A stretch of DNA of 64,000 nt from Chitinophagales bacterium. Its GTDB lineage: Bacteria > Bacteroidota > Bacteroidia > Chitinophagales > UBA10324. The first letter of the stretch is position 1. Each line of letters starts with the position of its first letter. The notes under the pieces are model-generated. The model saw only the letters and a program-made list of their open reading frames with translations, did no database searches and was not told the DNA's origin. The position numbers were made by a program, and so were the translations under genes. The stretch lies in contig JBGAWA010000003.1 of assembly GCA_044227805.1 (NCBI GenBank), forward strand, positions 16,153 through 80,152, given 5' to 3'. Shown here piece by piece: positions 48,699 to 58,297 of this stretch.

Positions 48699-49352
48699 AT
48701 GGCACTGAAAATCATTGGCACCGGACTTGGGCGCACCGGAACCCATTCACTGAAACTGGCGCTCGAAGAACTTGGATTTACAAAGTGTTATCACATGGAA
48801 ACGCTTTTGCAACACCCGGCTGACATTGTACATTGGGAAGCGGCCATGGCTGGTCAGCCGGTGGACTGGGATTCTTTGTTTTCAGGATACACGGCGGCAG
48901 TTGATATACCGACATTCATTTATTACAAAGAGCTGATGCAAAAGTATCCGGACGCGAAGATCATTCACACTACCCGCGATGCGGAGAGCTGGTATAAGAG
49001 TTTTGGCGATACAATCATCCGTCAATCGAAACCTTCTATCGGGAAAATCTTAAGCATGAGCGTACGACTGCCTTTCTCTGCCAAACTGCGCGGGCAGCTC
49101 CGTGTGTTTAAGTTTGCAGGCGCTTTTATGAAATCTTTTTTACCGGATGGCTTTCATAACAAAGAAAAAACCATCGCGGCTTTTCATGAATGGAACAGGC
49201 AGGTGTTGGCCAACATACCCAAAGAAAAAATATTGGTGTTTGATGCAAAGCAGGGTTGGGATCCTCTTTGCCGTTTTTTGAATGTGCCGGTTCCATCAGT
49301 TCCTTTCCCGCATTCCAATACCACGAATGAATTTAACAGCAGAAAGTTTTGA
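48699..49352 (+). CDS. Sulfotransferase-family protein
   Basis: The N-terminal P-loop-like PAPS motif GLGRTGTHSL is typical of the Sulfotransfer_4-type family. 217 aa. Confidence 0.65.
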   Translation: MALKIIGTGLGRTGTHSLKLALEELGFTKCYHMETLLQHPADIVHWEAAMAGQPVDWDSLFSGYTAAVDIPTFIYYKELMQKYPDAKIIHTTRDAESWYKSFGDTIIRQSKPSIGKILSMSVRLPFSAKLRGQLRVFKFAGAFMKSFLPDGFHNKEKTIAAFHEWNRQVLANIPKEKILVFDAKQGWDPLCRFLNVPVPSVPFPHSNTTNEFNSRKF

Positions 49353-49395
49353 CACGACCGTATCATGTAATTACTGCATGAACCTGTTTTTGTTA

Positions 49396-49427
49396 AACCC
49401 GGATTTTTCCATTGAAAAATCCGGGTT
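49396..49427. repeat. Solo hairpin AACCCGGATTTTTCC-att-GAAAAATCCGGGTT (probable bidirectional terminator)
   Basis: Near-perfect 14-bp stem between the convergent sulfotransferase and FG-GAP genes. The sequence is identical to the terminal hairpin of the long copies. Confidence 0.8.
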
Positions 49428-49530
49428 AATTATCCTTATTACAGAAGGTGGTATCTCCGGATGCCTGTACAAAGTTTGAGTACTGATACCGGCGTTCCTG
49501 TAGCTTCAACTGGATTTTATTGCCAACATC

Positions 49531-51507
49531 TTATTCATTTTTAACGATGCGAAACTGCTTCGTTTTGTTTCCCAGGGTATAGCTGAGTAAATAGATACCG
49601 GATCGCAAAGTACCAGGTACTATTTTAGTTAACCCCTCCATTGTTTCGCCGCGATATACTTCTTGTCCCACCACATCATACAGCATCACCCTGCCACCTG
49701 CAGTCGTGCCGTGAATCATCAGCTCATGGTGAAAAGGATTAGGATAGGCAACTAATGCATACGGATTGGCACTGACCTCAATTACCACCACTTCCGAGTA
49801 GGTGAATTGACCATTATAATCGGTTTGTTTCAAGCGGTAGTAATTGAGCCCATCAGCAGGATATTCATCAATGAATGAATAACTGAATGCCATACCGGAT
49901 GTGCCCGCGCCGTTCACCTCGCCAATGTTTTCAAAGTCAATGGCATTGTGGCTTCTTTCCATAGTAAAGTAATCGTTGTTCACTTCTGATGCCGTACTCC
50001 ATTCCAACAACACCTTTTCCGATTGAAGCTTTGCCGTAAATGAAAAAAGTTCGATCGGGAGTGTGAGGCAGGTATTTCTTAGGATGGAAACCGTACTGCC
50101 GCTGTTGGTGACGGCCAGGTCAGGGCGGCCATCACCATCAAAATCATCAATGCCAACATCGTACGAAACACCGGAAGATATGTCCACTCGTGTTGCAAAG
50201 GAAATAGCGCCTGGCGTGCTGGTATTTTTAAATACACTGGTTTTGTTGAGGGTATAATTTCCAACGGCAATATCCAGTTTGCCGTCACCATCGAGATCGC
50301 CGAAAGCTACGCCATAGTGCGTCATTGTGCCAGCCATCGTAGCGAAATCCTGCTTGCTCGCGAAAGATATGCTGCCGGCAGTGCTGGTATTTCTGTAAAC
50401 GGCCAAAGTTGCAACATCACGGTTGACTACCGCAACATCTGCTTTATTATCGCCATCCAGATCGCCGATGTGTACGAAATAAGGTACTGTTCCGGGTGAA
50501 TAATCCTGCCTTGTTGCAAATGAAATAGCTCCGGGAGAACTGGTATTCCGGAAAACCGACATGGTATTGCTGGTGAAGGCTGTGATCACTACATCAGGTT
50601 TTCCATCACCATCCAGATCACCGACATCAATTTTGTGCGGTTGTGAAGTGGTACTGAAGCTTAGGCCTGAGGCAAACGAAATATTTCCGACACCGGTACT
50701 CGTATTTCTTAAAACCCAGAGGCAGTTGCCCGACCAATGCACAGAAAGCAGGTCGGGTTTACCGTCGCCATCAATATCAATTACTTTGTTTCCATTTCCT
50801 TGCCCGGAAGATGCCGTGAAATCAACCCTTGGTGCAAAGGAAATAGTACCGGGTGTGCTCGTGTTTCTGTAAACGGAGACAAAGGTGCCGCCACCATTTC
50901 CGCCCAATGCCACATCAGGCTTGCCATCTCCGTCAAAGTCACCGATAGAAACCTCATTGGGCTGTCCGCCGGAAGCCCAGGCAAAAGTGACCTTTGTGGC
51001 AAAAGAGATGACACCTGCAGTGCTGGTATTTCTCGTAACAGTCAGGTAATTATTGAAATAGTCAGGAATGATAAGGTCGGGCTTTCCATCGAGATCAATA
51101 TCACAAATTTCGACGTTATGAGAGCCGCCCTGCACGCTTACGGCGGCAGCAAACGTAGACGCGGTGCTGCATAATGTGGTAACATTAAATGGCTTGGCAG
51201 AATACGCCGTTAAGTTGGTGCCGAGATTCGTAACTGTTATGTATTGGTAATTGACGCCATACGGAACAGTTACGGTGAGTGAATTGGCCGTAGCCGTGGA
51301 AACTGTAGCCATCGTGGCACCAAAGAATATAATGTTGCTGGCAGTATTGGTGTTGAAGCCGGTGCCGGAAATGGTAACAACGGTTCCCACTGGACCCGAG
51401 GTCGGGGAGAAGGAGCTGATCGTTTGCGCAGACAAGCCTGCTGCCAATAACATAGCAACATACAGCAACACGACACCTTTACTGAAAGTCACATTGTTTA
51501 TTGTCAT
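49531..51507 (-). CDS. IPT/TIG plus FG-GAP/VCBS-repeat protein with a T9SS C-terminal domain
   Basis: Signal peptide. IPT (ISSFSPTSGPVGTVVTISGTGF). Eight or more repeats of D.DGDGK.D...... CTD (AYPNPFHHEL...GIYLLSY). Confidence 0.85.
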   Translation of the reverse strand: MTINNVTFSKGVVLLYVAMLLAAGLSAQTISSFSPTSGPVGTVVTISGTGFNTNTASNIIFFGATMATVSTATANSLTVTVPYGVNYQYITVTNLGTNLTAYSAKPFNVTTLCSTASTFAAAVSVQGGSHNVEICDIDLDGKPDLIIPDYFNNYLTVTRNTSTAGVISFATKVTFAWASGGQPNEVSIGDFDGDGKPDVALGGNGGGTFVSVYRNTSTPGTISFAPRVDFTASSGQGNGNKVIDIDGDGKPDLLSVHWSGNCLWVLRNTSTGVGNISFASGLSFSTTSQPHKIDVGDLDGDGKPDVVITAFTSNTMSVFRNTSSPGAISFATRQDYSPGTVPYFVHIGDLDGDNKADVAVVNRDVATLAVYRNTSTAGSISFASKQDFATMAGTMTHYGVAFGDLDGDGKLDIAVGNYTLNKTSVFKNTSTPGAISFATRVDISSGVSYDVGIDDFDGDGRPDLAVTNSGSTVSILRNTCLTLPIELFSFTAKLQSEKVLLEWSTASEVNNDYFTMERSHNAIDFENIGEVNGAGTSGMAFSYSFIDEYPADGLNYYRLKQTDYNGQFTYSEVVVIEVSANPYALVAYPNPFHHELMIHGTTAGGRVMLYDVVGQEVYRGETMEGLTKIVPGTLRSGIYLLSYTLGNKTKQFRIVKNE

Positions 51508-51616
51508 GATCAGACACCTTAAAACTTGCAGCGAATTTAATCGCGACCAGACCCGAAAATGCTGATGAAAATCATAAGACGACTTGATTTTTATGGTGAA
51601 ACCGGAAGGGCAGCCA

Positions 51617-51644
51617 ATCCTGTTTTCGGAAAGAAAATCCGGGA
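51617..51644. repeat. Degenerate solo hairpin of the family
   Basis: atCCTGTTTTCggaaaGAAAATCCGGGa lies just 3' of the amidotransferase gene. Confidence 0.4.
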
Positions 51645-51666
51645 GAAATCAATGGCGTTAGTGAAG

Positions 51667-52482
51667 TCAGTGTTCGAACGCGCCGGATACAACTTCTCCA
51701 TTACTGATAATCACTTGAGAACTTTCCGGCATGAGATCCCAGATTTCCTGGTAATTGCCAATGGGCTCCGAGACGAGGCAGGCAGCGAAGTCACCAAATT
51801 TACCTTCTGCTGCCGGATTCACCTGCGTAAGTTCTTCAACGCTGGGACTTATATATAAAGTGGGTGCCTTTCCATTGCTTCCATATCGGAAACCCCACAG
51901 ACTTTTCCCGTCAGAAATTCCGAGTGTCATCCAAATCGATTCCTCTACACCATGCTCCTTCGCGGTAGCTTCTACCACCTGTACCATTTTTGAAATAGAG
52001 CCCACCGTGTCCGTTTCCAATCCGAAGGTGAGGGCGAGATGTAACATCAGTTCCGAATCGGTGCTGCCTAAAATATTATCAAAATATTTCTCATCCACCA
52101 TGGCCAGCAAGGGCTTCCTGATCTTACCAAACTCTGCGATCTGGCCATTGTGCAAAAACAACCATTGTTTGTAGCGGAAAGGATGACAGTTGGTTTCCTG
52201 TATGGTGGCGAGCGAGGTAGCGCGTACATGCGCCATGAACAACGGCGATTCAATGTGTGCCGCCAGGTCCTGCAGGTTGGCATCGTTCCAGGCCGGGCGT
52301 ATACTGCGAAACAAGCCTGGAAATGGTTGCTTATCATACCAACCCATTCCAAAGCCGTCACCATTGGTTGGTGTACGCGGTGCCCTTGCATGCAAACTCT
52401 GCTGAATGAGGTTGTCTTTGGGTTTAATGATCAGATCACTCATCAAGATAGGAGCGCCTGTATATGCCAGCCATCTGCACAT
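51667..52482 (-). CDS. Class II (Ntn) glutamine amidotransferase
   Basis: Begins MCRWLAY, where Cys2 is the nucleophile typical of class II GATases. 271 aa. Confidence 0.75.
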   Translation of the reverse strand: MCRWLAYTGAPILMSDLIIKPKDNLIQQSLHARAPRTPTNGDGFGMGWYDKQPFPGLFRSIRPAWNDANLQDLAAHIESPLFMAHVRATSLATIQETNCHPFRYKQWLFLHNGQIAEFGKIRKPLLAMVDEKYFDNILGSTDSELMLHLALTFGLETDTVGSISKMVQVVEATAKEHGVEESIWMTLGISDGKSLWGFRYGSNGKAPTLYISPSVEELTQVNPAAEGKFGDFAACLVSEPIGNYQEIWDLMPESSQVIISNGEVVSGAFEH

Positions 52483-52802
52483 GATAATGGAAAGTTAAGG
52501 TTTTTTTAAGCATTTTACTATGTCGATCAGTACCACGGGTTTTCTTCATTCAAACCATCGCAATAGTCCTGCTTAGTAAAAGCTGAAGTAATGTTACTGC
52601 CATAAGCAACATGCGATGTTGATTTTATTTGGCAGGAAGAAACGTCAATTGTATTATTTTTTGAATGGGTTCTATGTCGTTATGCATTGAAGTTATTACA
52701 TTGAAAAGGTCAGATAAGATGAGTACTTTAATTTGAATCGCTTTCCAGCGGTATGTAAACGTCATTGCGTCTAACTGCATAATTTATTCATATTTGCAGG
52801 TG

Positions 52803-53525
52803 ATGGCTATTCCTAAAATTATACACCAGACCTGGAAAACGAATGTGATTCCCAGGCGCTGGCTTAAGATTCAACAGCAGAACCTGGCCTTGTCGCCGGG
52901 TTTTGAATACAAACTGTGGACGGATGCGGACATCATGGAATTTGTCAGTCAAAAATTCCCTGACCTTTTTCAATCATTTTCCAACTACCGTTACAATATT
53001 ATGCGGGTTGATGTCATCCGGTACCTTTTAATGTATGAAACCGGTGGGTTATACCTTGACCTCGACTATGAACTACTCGTTCCTTTTGATGTCGGGCAGG
53101 CTGCTGTTGTGCTTCCAAGAGAGAGAAGTATCGCTTTTGGTGATGGATATGAAGGTATCGGTAATGCATTCTTCGCTTCTGTTCCCGGTCATCGTTTTTG
53201 GCGTGATGTGATTGATGAATTATTGCGCAATCAACCGAGGGTGAGAGATGAGTATGATGTGGCGGAAGCCACCGGCCCCGGGCTTTTAACCCGCGTTTAC
53301 TATGCACATTCCTATCCGGATATCTATGTGCCGGAAAGAATACTATACCATCCGCCAAGCCCGCATACCAGGAAGGGATACCTGGCCATTAAAAACAACG
53401 GTCAATCAAAGGGCATCCACCTGGGATGGGGCAACTGGAAGGAACGCGTCACCTGGAAATATATCGAAAGGAAATTTTTTAAACGCCGCTGGGAAGCGAA
53501 ACGCGCTAAACTTATTCCGCGATAA
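52803..53525 (+). CDS. Glycosyltransferase family 32-like (OCH1/Gly_transf_sug type)
   Basis: IPKIIHQTWKT, ...D..RY..L...GG.Y.DLD (DxD). The start is taken as the first ATG in the track frame. Confidence 0.75.
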   Translation: MAIPKIIHQTWKTNVIPRRWLKIQQQNLALSPGFEYKLWTDADIMEFVSQKFPDLFQSFSNYRYNIMRVDVIRYLLMYETGGLYLDLDYELLVPFDVGQAAVVLPRERSIAFGDGYEGIGNAFFASVPGHRFWRDVIDELLRNQPRVRDEYDVAEATGPGLLTRVYYAHSYPDIYVPERILYHPPSPHTRKGYLAIKNNGQSKGIHLGWGNWKERVTWKYIERKFFKRRWEAKRAKLIPR

Positions 53526-53705
53526 TCCTGCCTTCTTTAACGCGATCAACTTTTTGTGCCAGTGAAAGGAACTGGATGTAAGATCAAAGGGATCTTCAAT
53601 CAATAAACTGATGAAATAATAATTCGCCGGAAAATATAATGGACGGATGCGTTATGTTTCGCTTTTCCGCCGAACAATTTCGATCTTGCCCCACACAAAA
53701 TTTAT

Positions 53706-54938
53706 ATGCCTGTATCCGGAGTTGCCATTACGACCTTGCCACTTGATCTCATCCAAACACTGGCCATAGCCAGCATCATGTATTTCATAGGTATGCAACT
53801 CAGGAAAAATATCAGCATACTCGAACAACTCAATATTCCCTCCGCGGTAATTGGCGGACTTTTGTTCGCCGGGATCAATCTTGTTCTTCACGACCGGTAC
53901 CTCAATCTTAAGTTCGACACTTCCATGCAATCACTCTGTATGGTTTTATTCTTCACGACCATTGGTATCAGTGCCAGCCTTTCGTTGCTGAAAAAAGGAG
54001 GCGTGCAGGTGGTGCTCTTTCTATTAATGGCAACCGTTTTTTGCTTCCTTCAGAATTTTGCCGGCATGGGCATCGCATCCCTTTTTGGAGTCAATCCATT
54101 GCTGGGTGTCATTGCAGGTTCTGTGACCCTTGTTGGCGGCCCGGCAACCGGGCTTGCTTTTGCACCACTGTTCGAAAACGCCGGCGTTACCGGCGCGTCC
54201 ACCATTGCGATCACGGCGGCAACCATTGGCATCGTTTGCGGCGGCATATTGGGCGGGCCTGCCGGAACCTACCTGATTAAACGATTTAATTTGAAATCGC
54301 CTAAAGATGTTGCAACCGGCGAACTGCAAAATGAAGTTACGGATGCACCACATACCGTTACCATTGATACCGAACGGGAAGATTCAGGCTTTGTACTGAC
54401 TATCATGATAGCCGCTTTTGCTATGGGATTGGGAAGTATTGTGAGTTATTATTTTCAATCAATAGGATGGACGCTGCCGGCATATATCGGCGCAATGATT
54501 ATTGGTGCGCTGCTGCGCTACATGGATGATCATACGCAATGGTTCAGGATCAATCAGTCAATCATGGATTTTGTAGGAGGCATTGCGCTGAATATTTTCC
54601 TGATGGTGGCCTTGATGGACCTTAAACTTTGGGAACTCGTGCATCTTGCCATACCGCTTGCTGCTATATTGCTTACACAAGTGATACTGGTTGTTTTATT
54701 CGCATTAACTGTTTCATATCGTTTAATGGGAAAAGATTACCAATCGGCCGTTATGGCCAGCGGATTTATTGGATTCGTGCTGGGTACCACTGCCAATGCC
54801 GTAGCGAATATGAGAACACTCGTTCATAAATACGGCGCTGCGCCAAGAGCATTTCTGATTGTTCCGATGGTGGGCGCATTTTTTATTGATTTCACCAATG
54901 CCATCATCATTACCTTCTTCCTCAACTGGGTACCATAA
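53706..54938 (+). CDS. gltS: Sodium/glutamate symporter
   Basis: Colinear similarity to E. coli GltS as I remember it (GIGMASLFGVNPLLGVIAGSVTLVGGPATG...). About 10 TM helices. Confidence 0.85.
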   Translation: MPVSGVAITTLPLDLIQTLAIASIMYFIGMQLRKNISILEQLNIPSAVIGGLLFAGINLVLHDRYLNLKFDTSMQSLCMVLFFTTIGISASLSLLKKGGVQVVLFLLMATVFCFLQNFAGMGIASLFGVNPLLGVIAGSVTLVGGPATGLAFAPLFENAGVTGASTIAITAATIGIVCGGILGGPAGTYLIKRFNLKSPKDVATGELQNEVTDAPHTVTIDTEREDSGFVLTIMIAAFAMGLGSIVSYYFQSIGWTLPAYIGAMIIGALLRYMDDHTQWFRINQSIMDFVGGIALNIFLMVALMDLKLWELVHLAIPLAAILLTQVILVVLFALTVSYRLMGKDYQSAVMASGFIGFVLGTTANAVANMRTLVHKYGAAPRAFLIVPMVGAFFIDFTNAIIITFFLNWVP

Positions 54939-55116
54939 AGGCAGGCTTTAGCAGTCCTACGACGGGAAATCCTGTTCTGATCATGAGCACGTAAATCCTG
55001 CACCTGACCTGTTGATCCTAACGATGACGCAAATCAACTCTGTTGCTGATGCAAGTCATGAACCCGGATGTCTTTGCTGGATAGCTTTACGCAACTTTTT
55101 CTTAAAACCTGACAAC

Positions 55117-56256
55117 ATGAATACCTTAGAACTAAAAAGAGCGGACCTTGCGGGGCCCGGGATCGGTTCTTATGAAGAAATCGAGCGCATCTTACCCGCA
55201 AACTATACTTCCTTGCTGAACAAAAAAGACACGCAAAGAGCAATCTATGAAGTGAAGCATTTCATATCTGCTAACCTCTGCAAAGAACTGAACCTGATGA
55301 TGGTGGAAGTTCCGCTGATTGTGAGCAGGGAAAGCGGTGTGAATGACATGCTCGACCGTGATGGTTCACGGACGCCGGTATCATTTCATATCAAAAACGA
55401 CAATGACAAAAATCCGGTGGAGGCACAGGTGGTGCAGGCTGCCACCAAATGGAAAAGAGTAGCGCTGCAACAATTCGGGATGAAACCGGGCGAAGGACTT
55501 TGTACCGATATGCGGGCCGTGAGAAAGGATTATTTCCTGGATCATGACCACAGCGCATATGTTGACCAATGGGATTGGGAACGTACCATTACTGCCAACG
55601 AAAGAAACCTTGACTTCCTGAAGATGGTGGTTCGTAAAATCTGGAAGGTGATTACGGATGCAGAACTGTTTGCACAGGATTTATTTCCGGCACTCAAAAA
55701 TGCGAAGTATCCCAACCTGCCGAAGGAAATCGTGTTTATGCATGCGGAAGAAATTCTGGAGCGGTATCCTGAGTTGCCCCGTAAGCAAAGAGAGACGGCC
55801 ATACTGCAGGAATATCCTGCGATCTTTATTATTGGTATCGGCTGGCCGCTTGCTGATGGTTATCCGCATGAGATGAGAGCTGCTGATTATGATGATTGGG
55901 TAACACCCACCATCACCGGTAATGGCAAACCTGCGCATGGCATCAACGGCGATATCCTTATCTGGAATGGGCTGACACAGAGAAGACATGAACTTTCATC
56001 AATGGGTATAAGGGTGAATGCGGAAACATTACGCCAGCAGCTTACTATGTCAGATCAGTTGAATCTGCTGACTACTCCTTATCACAGCGGTATCATCAAC
56101 AACGAGCTGCCGTTGAGTATCGGCGGTGGCATTGGTCAGTCAAGAACCATTATGTATTTGCTGCGGAAAGCACACCTCGGGGAAGTAAGTGTAACGGTAT
56201 GGCCTGACAAGCTGAAAAAAATCTGCGCTGCAAAAAACATATTTGTATTAGAGTAG
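55117..56256 (+). CDS. asnA: Aspartate--ammonia ligase (asparagine synthetase A)
   Basis: VDQWDWER, GDILIWN, ELSSMGIRV and IGGGIGQSR all match AsnA. I moved the start to the ATG at 55117. Confidence 0.92.
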   Translation: MNTLELKRADLAGPGIGSYEEIERILPANYTSLLNKKDTQRAIYEVKHFISANLCKELNLMMVEVPLIVSRESGVNDMLDRDGSRTPVSFHIKNDNDKNPVEAQVVQAATKWKRVALQQFGMKPGEGLCTDMRAVRKDYFLDHDHSAYVDQWDWERTITANERNLDFLKMVVRKIWKVITDAELFAQDLFPALKNAKYPNLPKEIVFMHAEEILERYPELPRKQRETAILQEYPAIFIIGIGWPLADGYPHEMRAADYDDWVTPTITGNGKPAHGINGDILIWNGLTQRRHELSSMGIRVNAETLRQQLTMSDQLNLLTTPYHSGIINNELPLSIGGGIGQSRTIMYLLRKAHLGEVSVTVWPDKLKKICAAKNIFVLE

Positions 56257-56306
56257 CTGGAGATAACTGCCGGTGCTATTTGCAGCTTTTGCAACAGCAG
56301 GTTCTC

Positions 56307-56338
56307 AACCCGGATTTTTCCTTGGGAAAATCCGGGTT
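56307..56338. repeat. Solo hairpin AACCCGGATTTTTCC-ttgg-GAAAATCCGGGTT (probable bidirectional terminator)
   Basis: It lies between the convergent asnA and VOC-family genes and has the same arms as the 49396 hairpin. Confidence 0.8.
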
Positions 56339-56357
56339 GAAAACGCAGCGTGAACAC

Positions 56358-56789
56358 CTATGCCTTTTGCAGGCTCTGAATATCCGGTTTGCGCATATTC
56401 ATGAAGATCTTCATAACTCGCGCCGCTATTTCCGGTTCACTCATGAGATCGCCGAGGATGGTTGGTACGATCTGCGACGATACGCCGAACTTATCTTTCA
56501 GCCAGCCACACATGTTTTCTGTTCCACCTTCCGTGAGCCGCTCCCAGCAGTAATCAATTTCTTCCTGATTGTCGCAATGCACCACAAAGGATACGGCCTC
56601 CGTAAATTTATATTTAGGTCCGCCGTTGAGGCCCATCAATCTTGATCCATTAATTTCAAAGGTTACCACGAGCGGGTTCACTGCCGTTATTTTAGCATGG
56701 CTGAAAACAGTGCAGTAAAATTCTGCGGCTTCTCTTGCCTGCCCGTCAAACCAAAGGCAGGTGGTGATCGGATGTTTCATTTCTATCAT
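56358..56789 (-). CDS. VOC/glyoxalase-fold protein (PhnB / 3-demethylubiquinone-9 methyltransferase-like family)
   Basis: ITTCLWFDGQAREAAEFY...FEINGSRLMGLNGGP...DCDNQEEIDYCWERL is typical of this family. Confidence 0.8.
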   Translation of the reverse strand: MIEMKHPITTCLWFDGQAREAAEFYCTVFSHAKITAVNPLVVTFEINGSRLMGLNGGPKYKFTEAVSFVVHCDNQEEIDYCWERLTEGGTENMCGWLKDKFGVSSQIVPTILGDLMSEPEIAARVMKIFMNMRKPDIQSLQKA

Positions 56790-56942
56790 GATGAGTTATT
56801 ATTTGGCCAGTCAGTTCATCCGCCATGGTGTTGAATGACCTATCGCGCGGTAAAAGGGAGTTTTTTGTGACAGTGACGACCTTCACAATTGAGCATGTAA
56901 TTGGTCGCGGCTATCGTTCTCCAAGCTGATAATTCTATGCAA

Positions 56943-57242
56943 TTATTGTATGAAATTAAAAGCGATGAGTACAATAATCAGCAGGATGCCTATCAGTGCC
57001 GCGGCAAATAACACGTCGGCAATATTTTCTGCCTGCACCCCTCTTTTTTCACTGGAAGTTTTTATGGAAAAAAAGGAGAACAGGCAAGAGATGATGAGAA
57101 ACAAGGCGACAACAGAAGTAAGTTCATCAATGATGCTGGTTTCCGAGAAGTCCGAAACATGCACAGAGGTAATCACAAAAAGGCAAAACCCTAAGAGGTT
57201 GGCAGCCGTACTGAGGATATGCTGTGCTGTTTTATTTGACAT
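56943..57242 (-). CDS. Small hypothetical membrane protein (3 TM)
   Basis: Start moved to the ATG at 57242 (MSNKTAQH...). Three hydrophobic helices. No family recognised. Confidence 0.5.
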   Translation of the reverse strand: MSNKTAQHILSTAANLLGFCLFVITSVHVSDFSETSIIDELTSVVALFLIISCLFSFFSIKTSSEKRGVQAENIADVLFAAALIGILLIIVLIAFNFIQ

Positions 57243-57374
57243 ATTGCAAAATAAAATAAAAATGTCTCTCCCGCGGCACGGAAAGATCACTACGCAATTT
57301 CAGTCTGAATTTTTCAATGAAAAAAATCCCACTTTGTTACGACTCAGCTCTGCCAAGAGATTGCACATCTTTTC

Positions 57375-57494
57375 AACCCGGATTTTTCAGTGGAAAAATC
57401 CCGCTTCGCTGCGACTTATAACTGCTAAGGGGTTGCTCAATTTGTCCAGCAAAGAAAATGTTTCGCAAGCCCAACCAGTTCTACGTCGGGGTTA
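57375..57494 (-). repeat. Truncated long copy C of the repeat family
   Basis: It has the same hairpin end and internal sequence as copy B up to ...cgtcggggttaa. It lacks the CCCACATTTTGCA tip and carries a 1-nt deletion relative to A/B. Confidence 0.85.
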
Positions 57495-57533
57495 AGAAGG
57501 CAACAGATATAGCCGAAGAATGGCAGCCCGCAA

Positions 57534-58133
57534 CTACATTTTCAACACATCAGGTGGTGCCACAGGTGGTGGAACCGCATTTTTAATTGCGGGCAATGAC
57601 CGCAGGTAGGCAAATACGGATTTCAAATCGTCATCCGTCATCTGCCCGATATAGGGCCAGGGCATTGGCGGCAAGAGCGCTCTTCCACCCGGAAGGCCCA
57701 TATGATGACCGGTTCGAAGTGTGCCGATAAACATTTCATCCGTCCATGCACCAATGCCGGTTGTTGAATCTGCTGTGAGATTGGCAGTGTAGGAAATTCC
57801 CCACGGACCCACCCATGCTGTAAGGTCGGGGCTTGCCATTGCCCAGTAGCCAGGATGCAAGGCATTGGTATCAACTTTTGGCATTGGGCTGTCAGCCGGA
57901 TGGCCCGACATCTTCCTGCTCGTATCTTCAATGGGTCCTGAAGGCGTAAATATTTTCGGTGTATGGCAATCATTACAGGAAGCCACGGTTACCAGGTATC
58001 TTCCGCGGGCTACCAGCTGTTCGTTCGACAGTGGTTGGGTTACCTGCTCGTTACTGCATCTTGTTTGCAGCAAGAGGACACCTGCCAGCAGGCAGCATGC
58101 CAATAGCGAAAGCAATGCGTGTTGATTTTTCAT
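57534..58133 (-). CDS. Mono-haem c-type cytochrome (lipoprotein-like signal)
   Basis: Start moved to the ATG at 58133 (MKNQHALLSLLACCLLAG...). Single CNDCH haem-binding motif. Confidence 0.75.
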   Translation of the reverse strand: MKNQHALLSLLACCLLAGVLLLQTRCSNEQVTQPLSNEQLVARGRYLVTVASCNDCHTPKIFTPSGPIEDTSRKMSGHPADSPMPKVDTNALHPGYWAMASPDLTAWVGPWGISYTANLTADSTTGIGAWTDEMFIGTLRTGHHMGLPGGRALLPPMPWPYIGQMTDDDLKSVFAYLRSLPAIKNAVPPPVAPPDVLKM

Positions 58134-58297
58134 AGCGGAAATTTTAGTGTTTGGGGGATAGGTTTGGGAAAGCCGTATGCGGGCAACAAAAGGTAGTAAT
58201 AAAAGTAATACGAAGGATGCCTGTTCCCGGAAAGAACCATAAAAGCAATAGACGCCAGATGGCTCCACTGCAATTCTATGCAACCGATATGACAGCA

